From a virus, in IMG/VR virus record IMGVR_UViG_3300028920_000061, positions 17,023 through 81,022 of that record: a stretch of 64,000 nucleotides of DNA; one strand, given 5' to 3'. The position numbers were made by a program, and so were the translations under genes. Below the pieces are notes generated by a model. The model saw only the letters and a list, made by a program, of their open reading frames with translations, did no database searches and had not been told where the DNA came from. Of the stretch, positions 16,824-25,345 are shown piece after piece (within the stretch, counting starts at the first letter, position 1; each line of letters starts with the position of its first letter).

Positions 16824-17066
16824 ATGCAAGAACAAAGAGAAAAAGCCCATTCGATATTACGCAAGGCATTCGATGAGGCTGGAATAGCAGATGGGTTTTA
16901 TTGTGGTGTTTTAATGGATGGAACTGATGTATCCGCGTACAGTGTCGGACGTGAGAATAAGGCAGAGTATTCTAACGTAGAGCGGTATCAACGCCTTCTC
17001 GGTGTTGTTGAATCGTGCAAATACTCATTATTGGTCAAAGCTCACGAAAAGCAGGAAAAATCATGA
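16824..17066 (+). CDS. Hypothetical protein
   Basis: GGAGG RBS. Confidence 0.6.
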   Translation: MQEQREKAHSILRKAFDEAGIADGFYCGVLMDGTDVSAYSVGRENKAEYSNVERYQRLLGVVESCKYSLLVKAHEKQEKS

Positions 17067-17175
17067 AAGGTTTTGTCACCCCACAACAATGATGTTATTT
17101 TTTTTCACTTTGTGGAATAGTAATAATATACAGATCTTTTGAAATATCATATATTCTACAACAAAGGAGGAATTC

Positions 17176-17937
17176 ATGGCAAAGGTCCATGAAATTGTTG
17201 CTGTCGAGAAAGACGTGAAGGGCACATTCAATAAGATGCTGGGTGAAACTCGCATGACATTCCTGAAGGGTGAGCATTTCGATGAGCACCTGAAAGAATA
17301 CCAGCCGCTCAATGCTGACGATCGTGAACAGCTCGATGCCGAACACAAGCCCATGGCTGACACTGTCCCCAGCAAGTTGTCATATTTCATGGGGCATATG
17401 AAGAGAATGTTCGACTTGGTGATACAGAAAGAAGTATCCAATCTGGACGCCAAAGCTGATGTCACTGTTCAAACAGACAGTGGTGATGAAGTTGTTTTGT
17501 ACGAACAGGCTCCGGTTGCGGCTATTGTTCAGCTTACCAATCTGATGGAAAGCGTTCGGATTCAGGTTCTTTTGAATATCCCCACGCTTGATCCGGCAAG
17601 ATCCTGGGCATCCGACGGAAATCGTCAGGACGTGTTTGTCACCCCCGAAGTCAGACGCGCCAGAACCAAGAAGGTGCAGGTCCCTATCGAATTGTCGCCG
17701 GCTACAGACAGACACCCGGCGCAGGTTCAGCTTGTCACGGAAGATGTGACTACCGGCCACTGGGTGCAGAAGTACTGGTCCGGTAAGATATCTTCGGCTG
17801 ACAAGTCAATGATTCTGAAACGAACCGACGCCCTCATAGCAGGCCTCAAAAGAGCCAAGTCGAGGGCTAATGAGAGTGAGGCGAAGAAGGTTGCCATAGG
17901 CGATCGCTGCGCCAAATGGATTTTGACAGGAGAATAA
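17176..17937 (+). CDS. Conserved helical hypothetical protein upstream of a structured RNA
   Basis: Strong AAGGAGG RBS and own promoter motif (17094). K-x-HEI-x-AVEK, Y-x-P...D-x-EQL, IPTLDP, RTKKV...AT-D-RHPAQV are motifs of a widespread uncharacterised family (recognised from memory, not searched). Confidence 0.85.
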   Translation: MAKVHEIVAVEKDVKGTFNKMLGETRMTFLKGEHFDEHLKEYQPLNADDREQLDAEHKPMADTVPSKLSYFMGHMKRMFDLVIQKEVSNLDAKADVTVQTDSGDEVVLYEQAPVAAIVQLTNLMESVRIQVLLNIPTLDPARSWASDGNRQDVFVTPEVRRARTKKVQVPIELSPATDRHPAQVQLVTEDVTTGHWVQKYWSGKISSADKSMILKRTDALIAGLKRAKSRANESEAKKVAIGDRCAKWILTGE

Positions 17938-17943
17938 TCAATT

Positions 17944-18322
17944 GGACGTATACTGAATTCGGGCTGGGGGACCAAATGAACCCGGCCCCGTCATATTCAG
18001 ATTCATGTTGATGGGAGTAGTTTTTACGAAACCGCTCATGTTATTGCGTCCTATGTTCAGGTTTATAACCTCAAAAACTTTTGATGCCGACACTAACACC
18101 TGTAACGAGAGTTCAAATCTCTCCCCGCCATCCAGAAATCAAAAATCATTTTTGGTTTCTCGATGGCGGGTAGTCCAGTGGTAAGACACAGGCATGATGT
18201 TTATGCTCGGTACGTCGATAGTCAAGAGGTGAAAAAAAATTCGTAATGAATACCAACACTTGAACTGTTGATTTATTCAATAAGTGGCGGGGTGGCAGGA
18301 TACGTCTGCCCCGCCTTTTTTT
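17944..18322 (+). ncRNA. Structured ncRNA with circularly permuted tRNA-like domain (YrlA/Y-RNA-like topology)
   Basis: T-arm GAGAG-TTCAAAT-CTCTC (18107-18123), acceptor-like helix CCCGCCATC/GATGGCGGG closed by a hairpin, TA, D-arm GTC-CAGTGGTAA-GAC, CCTGT/ACAGG closing helix; flanking long-range helices; no long ORF; ends in a terminator. Confidence 0.8.
18286..18322 (+). terminator. Intrinsic terminator
   Basis: GGCGGGG..GCAG / CTGCCCCGCC followed by T7. Confidence 0.8.
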
Positions 18323-18346
18323 ATTTTGGTTACAACATTTTTTTAG

Positions 18347-18422
18347 CCGTTAGACTAACGGAAAATCTGGTATAACTATAATAGGCAAGAGAATTCACTC
18401 TTGTCTATTTCCGTCGGAGGAA
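18347..18422 (+). repeat. Promoter-leader-RBS module, copy 1
   Basis: 18361-18422 matches 18825-18886 at 59/62 nt; includes TGGTATAA, a leader hairpin and GGAGG. Confidence 0.9.
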
Positions 18423-18425
18423 ATA

Positions 18426-18734
18426 ATGGTAGCCCTTATCACAAAAACAATAAAATACGAATGCCACATTTATGAAGAGTCTGATGACGCGGCTGAAGAA
18501 TTAGTTAAGATGGTTGATGAATGTCAACCTCATATTATTAAAATCCCCAAAGATATTGAAAAGTTTGCTAATGATTATAATATTTTTATTATATACAAAC
18601 TTCCCGGGGAAGGAAATCCAACTATAAAAGAATTTCTGTCAAAACCTGATGAATTTCGGCGATTTGAATGGCATGATACCATTCATGAGATGGGGCTTCG
18701 TAATCGCTTAAAAAATGGCGTTGGGGAATCGTAA
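18426..18734 (+). CDS. Hypothetical protein
   Basis: Driven by module copy 1. Confidence 0.7.
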   Translation: MVALITKTIKYECHIYEESDDAAEELVKMVDECQPHIIKIPKDIEKFANDYNIFIIYKLPGEGNPTIKEFLSKPDEFRRFEWHDTIHEMGLRNRLKNGVGES

Positions 18735-18810
18735 ATCCCCCGGTCCGAAAGGCCCGTTAACCGGCTGCCCTCCACAGATACTGACATATCTGTGAAGGGC
18801 TTTTTTTTAC

Positions 18811-18886
18811 CCGTTAGAATAGAAGAAAATATGGTATAACTATAATAGACAAGAGAATTCGCTCTTGTCTATTTCCGTCGGAGGAA
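18811..18886 (+). repeat. Promoter-leader-RBS module, copy 2
   Basis: Near-identical to copy 1. Confidence 0.9.
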
Positions 18887-18892
18887 TTCATT

Positions 18893-19057
18893 ATGTCACA
18901 ATATTTTTATAACCAATTCTATTTTAATGCGCAATTTCTTCCACATCTTCTAATAGATGATTATGTAGACGGTGGTAGCAGACGAAAGAGGAAAACCGAC
19001 CCAGTCGATATGGCTGACAAATTCATCGCGAGAATGGAGATTGACTGGAGGGAATGA
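18893..19057 (+). CDS. 54-aa hypothetical protein (not in ORF track)
   Basis: GGAGG RBS; MSQYFYNQFYF...EIDWRE*. Confidence 0.6.
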   Translation: MSQYFYNQFYFNAQFLPHLLIDDYVDGGSRRKRKTDPVDMADKFIARMEIDWRE

Positions 19058-19101
19058 TTTCTCTCCTTTTTATCCATCAGGTTGGCAAACCCTTTGCCCA
19101 T

Positions 19102-19133
19102 AAAAAACCCCTCCCGAGGGAAAACGGGAGGGG
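19102..19133 (-). terminator. Intrinsic terminator of the virion gene cluster
   Basis: A6 then CCCCTCCCG/CGGGAGGGG hairpin on + (hairpin plus T6 on -), downstream of the portal-like gene. Confidence 0.75.
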
Positions 19134-19188
19134 CCGGAGGTCGCACCTCAAGAAGAATAGAAAAGGTGCGTGGCCAGCAACAGGCTGG

Positions 19189-21261
19189 TTAAATCTGCGA
19201 ACTCACTTTCGACCCAGGCGGTCGCTGTTCAGGAAGAGCTGCAATATCAACTCCAGCTTCCGCCGGACCTGGCGGCTCTTCTCCATACGTGTCCCCCTGA
19301 GTTGTTGAAGGTATCTGCCCAGGTGTGTATTTCTGGACAGTCTCCATATCTGGTTTTGTATCTGCAAGAATAACATTCATCTCCTTCAGGTTCGAATAGA
19401 CCTCCTGATAGAGAGATGGCATGGAATTCTTCATGGCAAGCATTCTAATCTTGAATTCTTCAGGATTAATATCAGCAAGTCTTGCAAATCGCTGTGTAAT
19501 AATCATTATCAGGTTCGGAACTGAGATTTTGCCCGGATCCATACCTCTCTGCTGACTAAGTGCGGCAGTTTCCTGCGCAACCCCTTCAGCGTTCATCATT
19601 CTCTGCTCTTCAATCTGCTGCTCACGAGTAGCCTGATACTCTCGCTCGTTTTGTTCCATACGGCTACGATTGGCAAGCTCAGCATCAGCAGCATACATCG
19701 CATTTACAACTGTGGCACCACCAGCAGCCTCAGCCTCACCTTCAGCGGCTTTGACCTTCATTTCAATCATTCTCTTGAGTTCCTGCTCTTTGAGATTGTA
19801 TTCTTTCTCAGGATCAAGACCAAGCTCTTTTTGCATGGATGTACGGGAAATAAGCGATGTCGCCGGGTCATCCCCTGCGTTTCTCATCATCATTTCCTTC
19901 TTCTGAAGATCGTCAGCCATTTTGAAGTCTGACATTTTGATATCAATTGTCGGTATACTGAAATAGGCTGAAGTCTTATTCTTCACCCAGTCTATAAACT
20001 CGATCATATCATTACGATGATTGAGAAACGTGTTCTCAACAACACGCAGGGATACGTTACTTCCAGACCATGATGCTCCACCACGAATAATTTCAGGTAT
20101 CATCCCAACACCGGTAATGATATCATCTTCAACGAATTTCAACTCTTGAGAAATCAAAAGTAGTTTTGCATCGCCGCTGAAATTTTGCATTCCAAGAGGT
20201 AACGGTACGATTGACACGTAGTTCGGGTCTGCTCTCCACTTTCGTATCTCATCCTCGACTTTGGTTCTCCAGCTACCAAGGTTCATTATGGCATGAGGAC
20301 TGACATCGCCTTGAGACATTGGAAACAGAATTCGAAGAGGCACGATATGATCAAACGCAATCATCTCGTTGCCCTTCTTAAGAACCCTGACGTGGAATAT
20401 GTCTTTCAAAACAGGCATAACCGCGGGTATTCCCCAACCTCTCTGACCGGGTATGAGATATTGGGGCCCTGGGCGCTTGAGGTGATACACGTTGTCTGAA
20501 AGAAGCTTCAGCTGCTTACGCTTCTGAACCGCTTCAATAACTTCAAGCCTGAGAGTGCTGACAATATCCATATCCCCCTGACGAACCGCTGTAGCAATAG
20601 ATGGCGGTATAGTATAGTAATAGAAATGGTCGTCAGAAATGGGATTGTATTTAATGTCAATAAATGTGAGATCCCAGGAAATGATAGACATCTTGGACAT
20701 CTCTCGACTGTTCACATCACGGGCTTCCATTACCCCGTTGTATCCACAGTCTTTTTTGATGCACTTCGCGACAAACTTGAAATTCTTGAAAGAAGCGTTG
20801 AGACCTTCCGCCGTATGCTCTTCATTGCATTTTGGGCATTTCAGCATGCGTTTGAACGGATAGTGAATTGACATTATCGAATTGCCATAAGCGTAATAAT
20901 CCATTCCACACTGTTTGAGAACGCGAGTCATTTTCATATGATCTTCAAACAGTTTTTTCCACTTATCGACAGTCTTGTCATTTTCCAGATTAGCCGGCTT
21001 TTCCTCATCACCATATATGAGGTCGGTGATGGGATATTCAGACATCTTATTGACGCATTGTGATATCAGACCATCGCCAAGAACAAAAGAAGCAATAAAT
21101 GATATGAGACTCTTGATGGTCTTAGGAAGGAACGTGGATGTCATATCAAGAAACGGGCTATCGTACTTGATAGAACCACGATGAAACGTAACCGGCGTAG
21201 TGGTAGAAGTACTTGTACTGGTGGCCGCGGTAACCAGCCCCTGTCCTGACAAATCAGCCAT
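19189..21261 (-). CDS. Portal-like protein with zinc-finger insertion
   Basis: DYYAYGNS, VYHLK...RGWGIP, helical wing/crown pattern, SR...KELGLD; CPKC...CIKKDC insertion. Confidence 0.65.
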   Translation of the reverse strand: MADLSGQGLVTAATSTSTSTTTPVTFHRGSIKYDSPFLDMTSTFLPKTIKSLISFIASFVLGDGLISQCVNKMSEYPITDLIYGDEEKPANLENDKTVDKWKKLFEDHMKMTRVLKQCGMDYYAYGNSIMSIHYPFKRMLKCPKCNEEHTAEGLNASFKNFKFVAKCIKKDCGYNGVMEARDVNSREMSKMSIISWDLTFIDIKYNPISDDHFYYYTIPPSIATAVRQGDMDIVSTLRLEVIEAVQKRKQLKLLSDNVYHLKRPGPQYLIPGQRGWGIPAVMPVLKDIFHVRVLKKGNEMIAFDHIVPLRILFPMSQGDVSPHAIMNLGSWRTKVEDEIRKWRADPNYVSIVPLPLGMQNFSGDAKLLLISQELKFVEDDIITGVGMIPEIIRGGASWSGSNVSLRVVENTFLNHRNDMIEFIDWVKNKTSAYFSIPTIDIKMSDFKMADDLQKKEMMMRNAGDDPATSLISRTSMQKELGLDPEKEYNLKEQELKRMIEMKVKAAEGEAEAAGGATVVNAMYAADAELANRSRMEQNEREYQATREQQIEEQRMMNAEGVAQETAALSQQRGMDPGKISVPNLIMIITQRFARLADINPEEFKIRMLAMKNSMPSLYQEVYSNLKEMNVILADTKPDMETVQKYTPGQIPSTTQGDTYGEEPPGPAEAGVDIAALPEQRPPGSKVSSQI

Positions 21262-21273
21262 TATGTCTACTTT

Positions 21274-22020
21274 CTATTCAAAGTATGTTAAAGCCGCTGC
21301 TTCTGCATTTACAAGCCGCTTGGCTTGAATATCAACCATTTCTTCTTTTATCACAGTATCTTTTTCAGTTACAATCTCATTGTATCGCTTTAGTATCTTC
21401 AGCCAGTTCTTTTTCGTTTCTTCAGAAACAAGTTTGGACATTCTTTTTTTAATCAGAAGTAAAATTGATGGTGGCGGAATATACAGCCCATCATCAATCA
21501 AAGCTATGCTGGCATATTTGAGAACATCATCACCAAAAAAACCTTCACGGTCAGGTCTGATATGAATCATTGCCTTGAAAGTATTGATAACCATTCCAGG
21601 AGATGGTTTTCTCAACATCTCAAAATCGGCTATAGCCCCGGCAAATGACAGAGCTATTTGATTGAACTCGAACCAGTCATGAAATGCCCGGTCGCTCTGA
21701 CAGAGGTGCCTGATAGCCTGAATCTTGTCACGGTTCACATCCTCGAGAGCGACGCCGTATTTGATGAACAACATCTTCTCAATCGTTTCCCATTCCCATT
21801 CCCACCAGTCAGTACCAAGCGCTTTATTGAGAAAATCATAGACTTTGATTACTGACGCCTTCTCGTTATTGAGAACGGTATTAAGCTGTATCACATCTCT
21901 TTTTTTAGCCGTCAAGTGAGACTTTTGAAAATCAGAAATCTCCCGACGGACAGATTCGATGTCTTCAGGAGTTCCGCCCATGTAGGCGTTCATGAGACGC
22001 TGTGAGAGTTGTGATGGCAC
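21274..22020 (-). CDS. Hypothetical virion/head-associated protein
   Basis: Long ORF adjacent to portal-like gene; LGTDWWEWEWET motif. Confidence 0.7.
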   Translation of the reverse strand: MPSQLSQRLMNAYMGGTPEDIESVRREISDFQKSHLTAKKRDVIQLNTVLNNEKASVIKVYDFLNKALGTDWWEWEWETIEKMLFIKYGVALEDVNRDKIQAIRHLCQSDRAFHDWFEFNQIALSFAGAIADFEMLRKPSPGMVINTFKAMIHIRPDREGFFGDDVLKYASIALIDDGLYIPPPSILLLIKKRMSKLVSEETKKNWLKILKRYNEIVTEKDTVIKEEMVDIQAKRLVNAEAAALTYFE

Positions 22021-22074
22021 TTAATGATCCTTTTCACCTGCCACGCTTTTTTCCGGTGCTTTTGAATAAATGAT

Positions 22075-22683
22075 TCACGTTATTGCTCTCTTTAATAGAT
22101 AGGACCCATTAATAAACTCTATAATATCTTTTTGCAAAAGTGAAACAATTAATTTTTCTATGGAATGATGCCCTTTTATATGATCGCTTTCATTTTTATA
22201 TAACCAAAGATTTTCAATGTTATTATTTTCTTTATTCAAATCAATGTGATGCACTGTCTCATTTGAACTTAATTGTCTTCCAATTTTTTGTTCAATTAAA
22301 TATCGATGTATGTATATTCTTCTTCCTTTTGACGTTACCAGTTGTGGTCGCCATTTTTTAAATTTATTAGAACTTTTTTTTCGACCTTTCTTTTTTTTAC
22401 CCCTATTAAATTCAATACCACATTCAAAAGAACAAAATTTCTTTTTTTTCCATTTTTCAATTTGAAAAATCACCCTACACTGTGGGCATTTTCTCGATTC
22501 ATAAAATACGTGCCTAGGTTTTAACCCACATTTTATAGAACAAAATTTTTGCTTATTCCATTTTTGAGTAAAAAATGTTTTTTTACAACTTGGACAAACC
22601 CTTTGATCGTTTTTATACGATCCATATTTTGCTACAGATTCTTTTGTTGGCATAACATCATCCTCCTTGACAACATTATACAT
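22075..22683 (-). CDS. HNH homing endonuclease with two N-terminal Cys repeats
   Basis: CPxCxxxF...KFCSxxC twice; YIHRYL...GRQL...ETVHHIDLNKENNNIENL; markedly AT-rich compared with neighbours. Confidence 0.9.
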   Translation of the reverse strand: MYNVVKEDDVMPTKESVAKYGSYKNDQRVCPSCKKTFFTQKWNKQKFCSIKCGLKPRHVFYESRKCPQCRVIFQIEKWKKKKFCSFECGIEFNRGKKKKGRKKSSNKFKKWRPQLVTSKGRRIYIHRYLIEQKIGRQLSSNETVHHIDLNKENNNIENLWLYKNESDHIKGHHSIEKLIVSLLQKDIIEFINGSYLLKRAIT

Positions 22684-22712
22684 CCAAGGTAATGGTTAAG
22701 GCAAAGGAAAAT

Positions 22713-22967
22713 CTAATTTGTTCTATTACGACCTTGACCAGACCCTTTTCCTTCTCCGCCACCAGGACCGTCAGCTTCGCACTCTTCTTCATTCTTGTTG
22801 CGACGCATACCACCCGGCATTCCTTTGCCTTTACCGGCTCCGCTTTTGAGACCACGGCCCAGGCGAGCCATACGAGAAACGACTTCATCATCGCTTTCGG
22901 CAAGCTTGTTCATTTCATCCTCGAATGCTGCCTGCCGAACCTCTTCCAATAAGGCTTGCTTGTTCAT
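22713..22967 (-). CDS. Small Gly-rich protein
   Basis: GGAAGG RBS; AFEDEMNKLA helix and Gly/Lys-rich tail; coupled to the upstream gene. Confidence 0.7.
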   Translation of the reverse strand: MNKQALLEEVRQAAFEDEMNKLAESDDEVVSRMARLGRGLKSGAGKGKGMPGGMRRNKNEEECEADGPGGGEGKGSGQGRNRTN

Positions 22968-23263
22968 TTTTTTTCCTTCCCGAGCTTCTTCTTAGCCCAT
23001 TCATTAAATGTTTCGAGCGACCGCTCGATGACGGTTGTGACTTTCAGCACCTTCGGTAGGTATGCATGAATTACCCCTCCGCTCCAGATAACAGTGCCGA
23101 CACCGAACAGGATATTCAGAAGGTCGTCATCGATCTCAAAATCGGTTCCGGCCTGAGCGTTTGATATCCTGATGACGTACTTCACGATCATGGGGATCAT
23201 GACGATGAGTGCGCCGAGGCCACGTTTCTTGCCGGTGCTTTTGGTCAATGATTTGAAATTCAT
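22964..23263 (-). CDS. Holin-like membrane protein
   Basis: Two hydrophobic helices and basic termini; GGAGG RBS. Confidence 0.55.
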   Translation of the reverse strand: MNFKSLTKSTGKKRGLGALIVMIPMIVKYVIRISNAQAGTDFEIDDDLLNILFGVGTVIWSGGVIHAYLPKVLKVTTVIERSLETFNEWAKKKLGKEKK

Positions 23264-23928
23264 ATTACCTCCCCAAGGGCAGCCCTCTCAGCTGCACCTA
23301 ATGCTGAAACAGTACCCAAAGGGTCCTTACCGAAAGCGTCGGCGAACTTCTTCCCAAGTGACTTGGCGACCTTCTCCAGCGTCTCAGGCGTTCGTGAGGC
23401 CCTCGTAAGGTCATACTGGGTCTTATCACCCGCCAGCTTCACCGCGTCGTATTCCGGGTTTGTATAGCCACCAAACACAGCCATGTACGGGTCAGGGATG
23501 AGAGTATCATAATGATGTTCCAGATTTGCCAGCTTATCAAACTCCTGAACAGCGCTGAGGACCTCAAGAGGGGAAAGATCTGACGCCTGCTTTACGAGGG
23601 CTTCAACAACGCCAGTTCCTTCAACCTGCTTGCCACCAACATTTACTTTCACTTTATGGGTAAGACAGGCCTGTTTACGCATTTCCATAGAACGCCTGAA
23701 ATCGGGCGAAATTGGAGACCCCTCTTTCAAAGGGCGTGAATAGTTGGTTACCCAGTCTTCCGACAAGGCAACGCCGAGGTCGGCAGCACGTTTCTCGATA
23801 TTACACGCCGCGGTTACACGGTCGTTAGGGGAGAACCGATGCAGGTTCTTCTTGAAATAGACACAGGCCGTCTTGACCTGACGGTCTGTTTCGATTGGAT
23901 ACCTGTTTTTCAGTGCGTAATGCATCAT
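23260..23928 (-). CDS. Hypothetical head-associated protein
   Basis: YAL..RYPI.T..QVKTA..YF; several K-x-A motifs. Confidence 0.7.
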   Translation of the reverse strand: MMHYALKNRYPIETDRQVKTACVYFKKNLHRFSPNDRVTAACNIEKRAADLGVALSEDWVTNYSRPLKEGSPISPDFRRSMEMRKQACLTHKVKVNVGGKQVEGTGVVEALVKQASDLSPLEVLSAVQEFDKLANLEHHYDTLIPDPYMAVFGGYTNPEYDAVKLAGDKTQYDLTRASRTPETLEKVAKSLGKKFADAFGKDPLGTVSALGAAERAALGEVI

Positions 23929-23936
23929 AACTCCCT

Positions 23937-24959
23937 TTAATAGTCTGTTATTGTTGATATAGTCAAATAACGATCGTTATTATTTGAAGCTGGAATTGTC
24001 TGATTATTTCCTGAATTTTGATAAATATTCAATTTAACATAATCGCCGGCTGATAGATATACAAGAGCACTACCAATAGATTCTCTCTCTATAACACCCT
24101 CAGCATTGTTTGCAAAACCTCTATATGACCCCTTAAAACAATAATTGGAATCAATATTGTCATTGATACATATGTACGTTTTACAAAATTCTTGAACTGC
24201 CCAATTTGAAGAGTCTTGCAAAGAAATTTTCCATGATATCTGACGAAAACCATTTGTTCTTGCAGTATAATAATTCGGGGTCCCGTCGCTCCATTCTTCA
24301 GCAGTATCTTGAAGAACTGTTCCAAATGATAGATGAAAATCGTTGCCAGAAGTTATCGTTAGCTCGCTTCCGCCAACAACAATAACTTGCCCTCTAGATG
24401 CGCCACTTCTTGTTATTCCTGTAATTGATCCACTCGCCATTGTTATTGTGGCAATATGAACCAAATCATGATCTGCTTGTATTTGTGATATTGATGATTT
24501 TACTTCAAGAATGTTGCTATTAACTGGTGATGATGCGAATCCAAGTTCATCAAAAACTATTTGCTCATTTGCTGCCCCAATAAGCGGTGTAAACTTTCCA
24601 TATGAAAGTGTATTATCAACAGATGATAAACTATATCTTAGACACAAATAATTGTCAGCATCGTCAGTCAGATCGCCACTTAAATCCTTTTCAAGTGAGC
24701 TTTCAAGCGATATAATTCCACCATTTAGGGTAACGGCATATCCAGACGCAACAGTAACAACCAATCCGGAATTTGTAACTGTAAGTCCTGATAGAATTTT
24801 ACCTATACTTGATCCTGAATTGAGCGCTTTGGCAATCCTTTCAAAATTACTGAGCATTGCTGATTGAATAGACCACGCGGTCAGGTCACCGTCAGTTCCC
24901 TGACCGAGTATTTCATTAATCCTTTGCTTAATTCCAGTAACGATATTGACACGTCTCAT
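23937..24959 (-). CDS. Tail-fibre-like protein with C-terminal C1q/TNF-like head
   Basis: SGLTVT...VTVASGYAV N-terminal attachment motif; YTARTNG...LVYLSAGDYVKLNIYQNSG. Confidence 0.65.
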   Translation of the reverse strand: MRRVNIVTGIKQRINEILGQGTDGDLTAWSIQSAMLSNFERIAKALNSGSSIGKILSGLTVTNSGLVVTVASGYAVTLNGGIISLESSLEKDLSGDLTDDADNYLCLRYSLSSVDNTLSYGKFTPLIGAANEQIVFDELGFASSPVNSNILEVKSSISQIQADHDLVHIATITMASGSITGITRSGASRGQVIVVGGSELTITSGNDFHLSFGTVLQDTAEEWSDGTPNYYTARTNGFRQISWKISLQDSSNWAVQEFCKTYICINDNIDSNYCFKGSYRGFANNAEGVIERESIGSALVYLSAGDYVKLNIYQNSGNNQTIPASNNNDRYLTISTITDY

Positions 24960-25345
24960 TTTACCAACCCTTGAGGTGGCGTGATAATTGTCGATTTAGG
25001 AGCTGTTGCGCCAGCCATGTCGGCTGGTGCATTTTCAGGAACCTGAAACTGTTTCGGTTCGAACTTACTGGCAAACTCATCAATCTGTTCCGGGGTCATT
25101 TTTTCCCCAATAAGTTCAAAAAGCATTTTTGCTCCGCCAAGCTTCTGACCAAGCTCAGCATCGAGAGCTTCCATTTGTGCCTTTATGGACTGAATTTGTT
25201 TGACAATATCCATTCCCTCGGAATTAATTTTGATGAGCTTTTCAAGCTCTTTTTGAGTTCCATCAGGAGCGAGTTCTGGATTCTTTGAAAGAAAAGCTAC
25301 GGCCGCTGAGGCCTTCTGCTCACGAGAAGCGTTCGAAATGTCCAT
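24956..25345 (-). CDS. Coiled-coil hypothetical protein
   Basis: Coupled ORF. Confidence 0.7.
   Translation of the reverse strand: MDISNASREQKASAAVAFLSKNPELAPDGTQKELEKLIKINSEGMDIVKQIQSIKAQMEALDAELGQKLGGAKMLFELIGEKMTPEQIDEFASKFEPKQFQVPENAPADMAGATAPKSTIITPPQGLVK

Noticed and set aside
18099-18192. Canonical tRNA gene
   Set aside because: The arms are in permuted order, with no anticodon loop and no CCA end.
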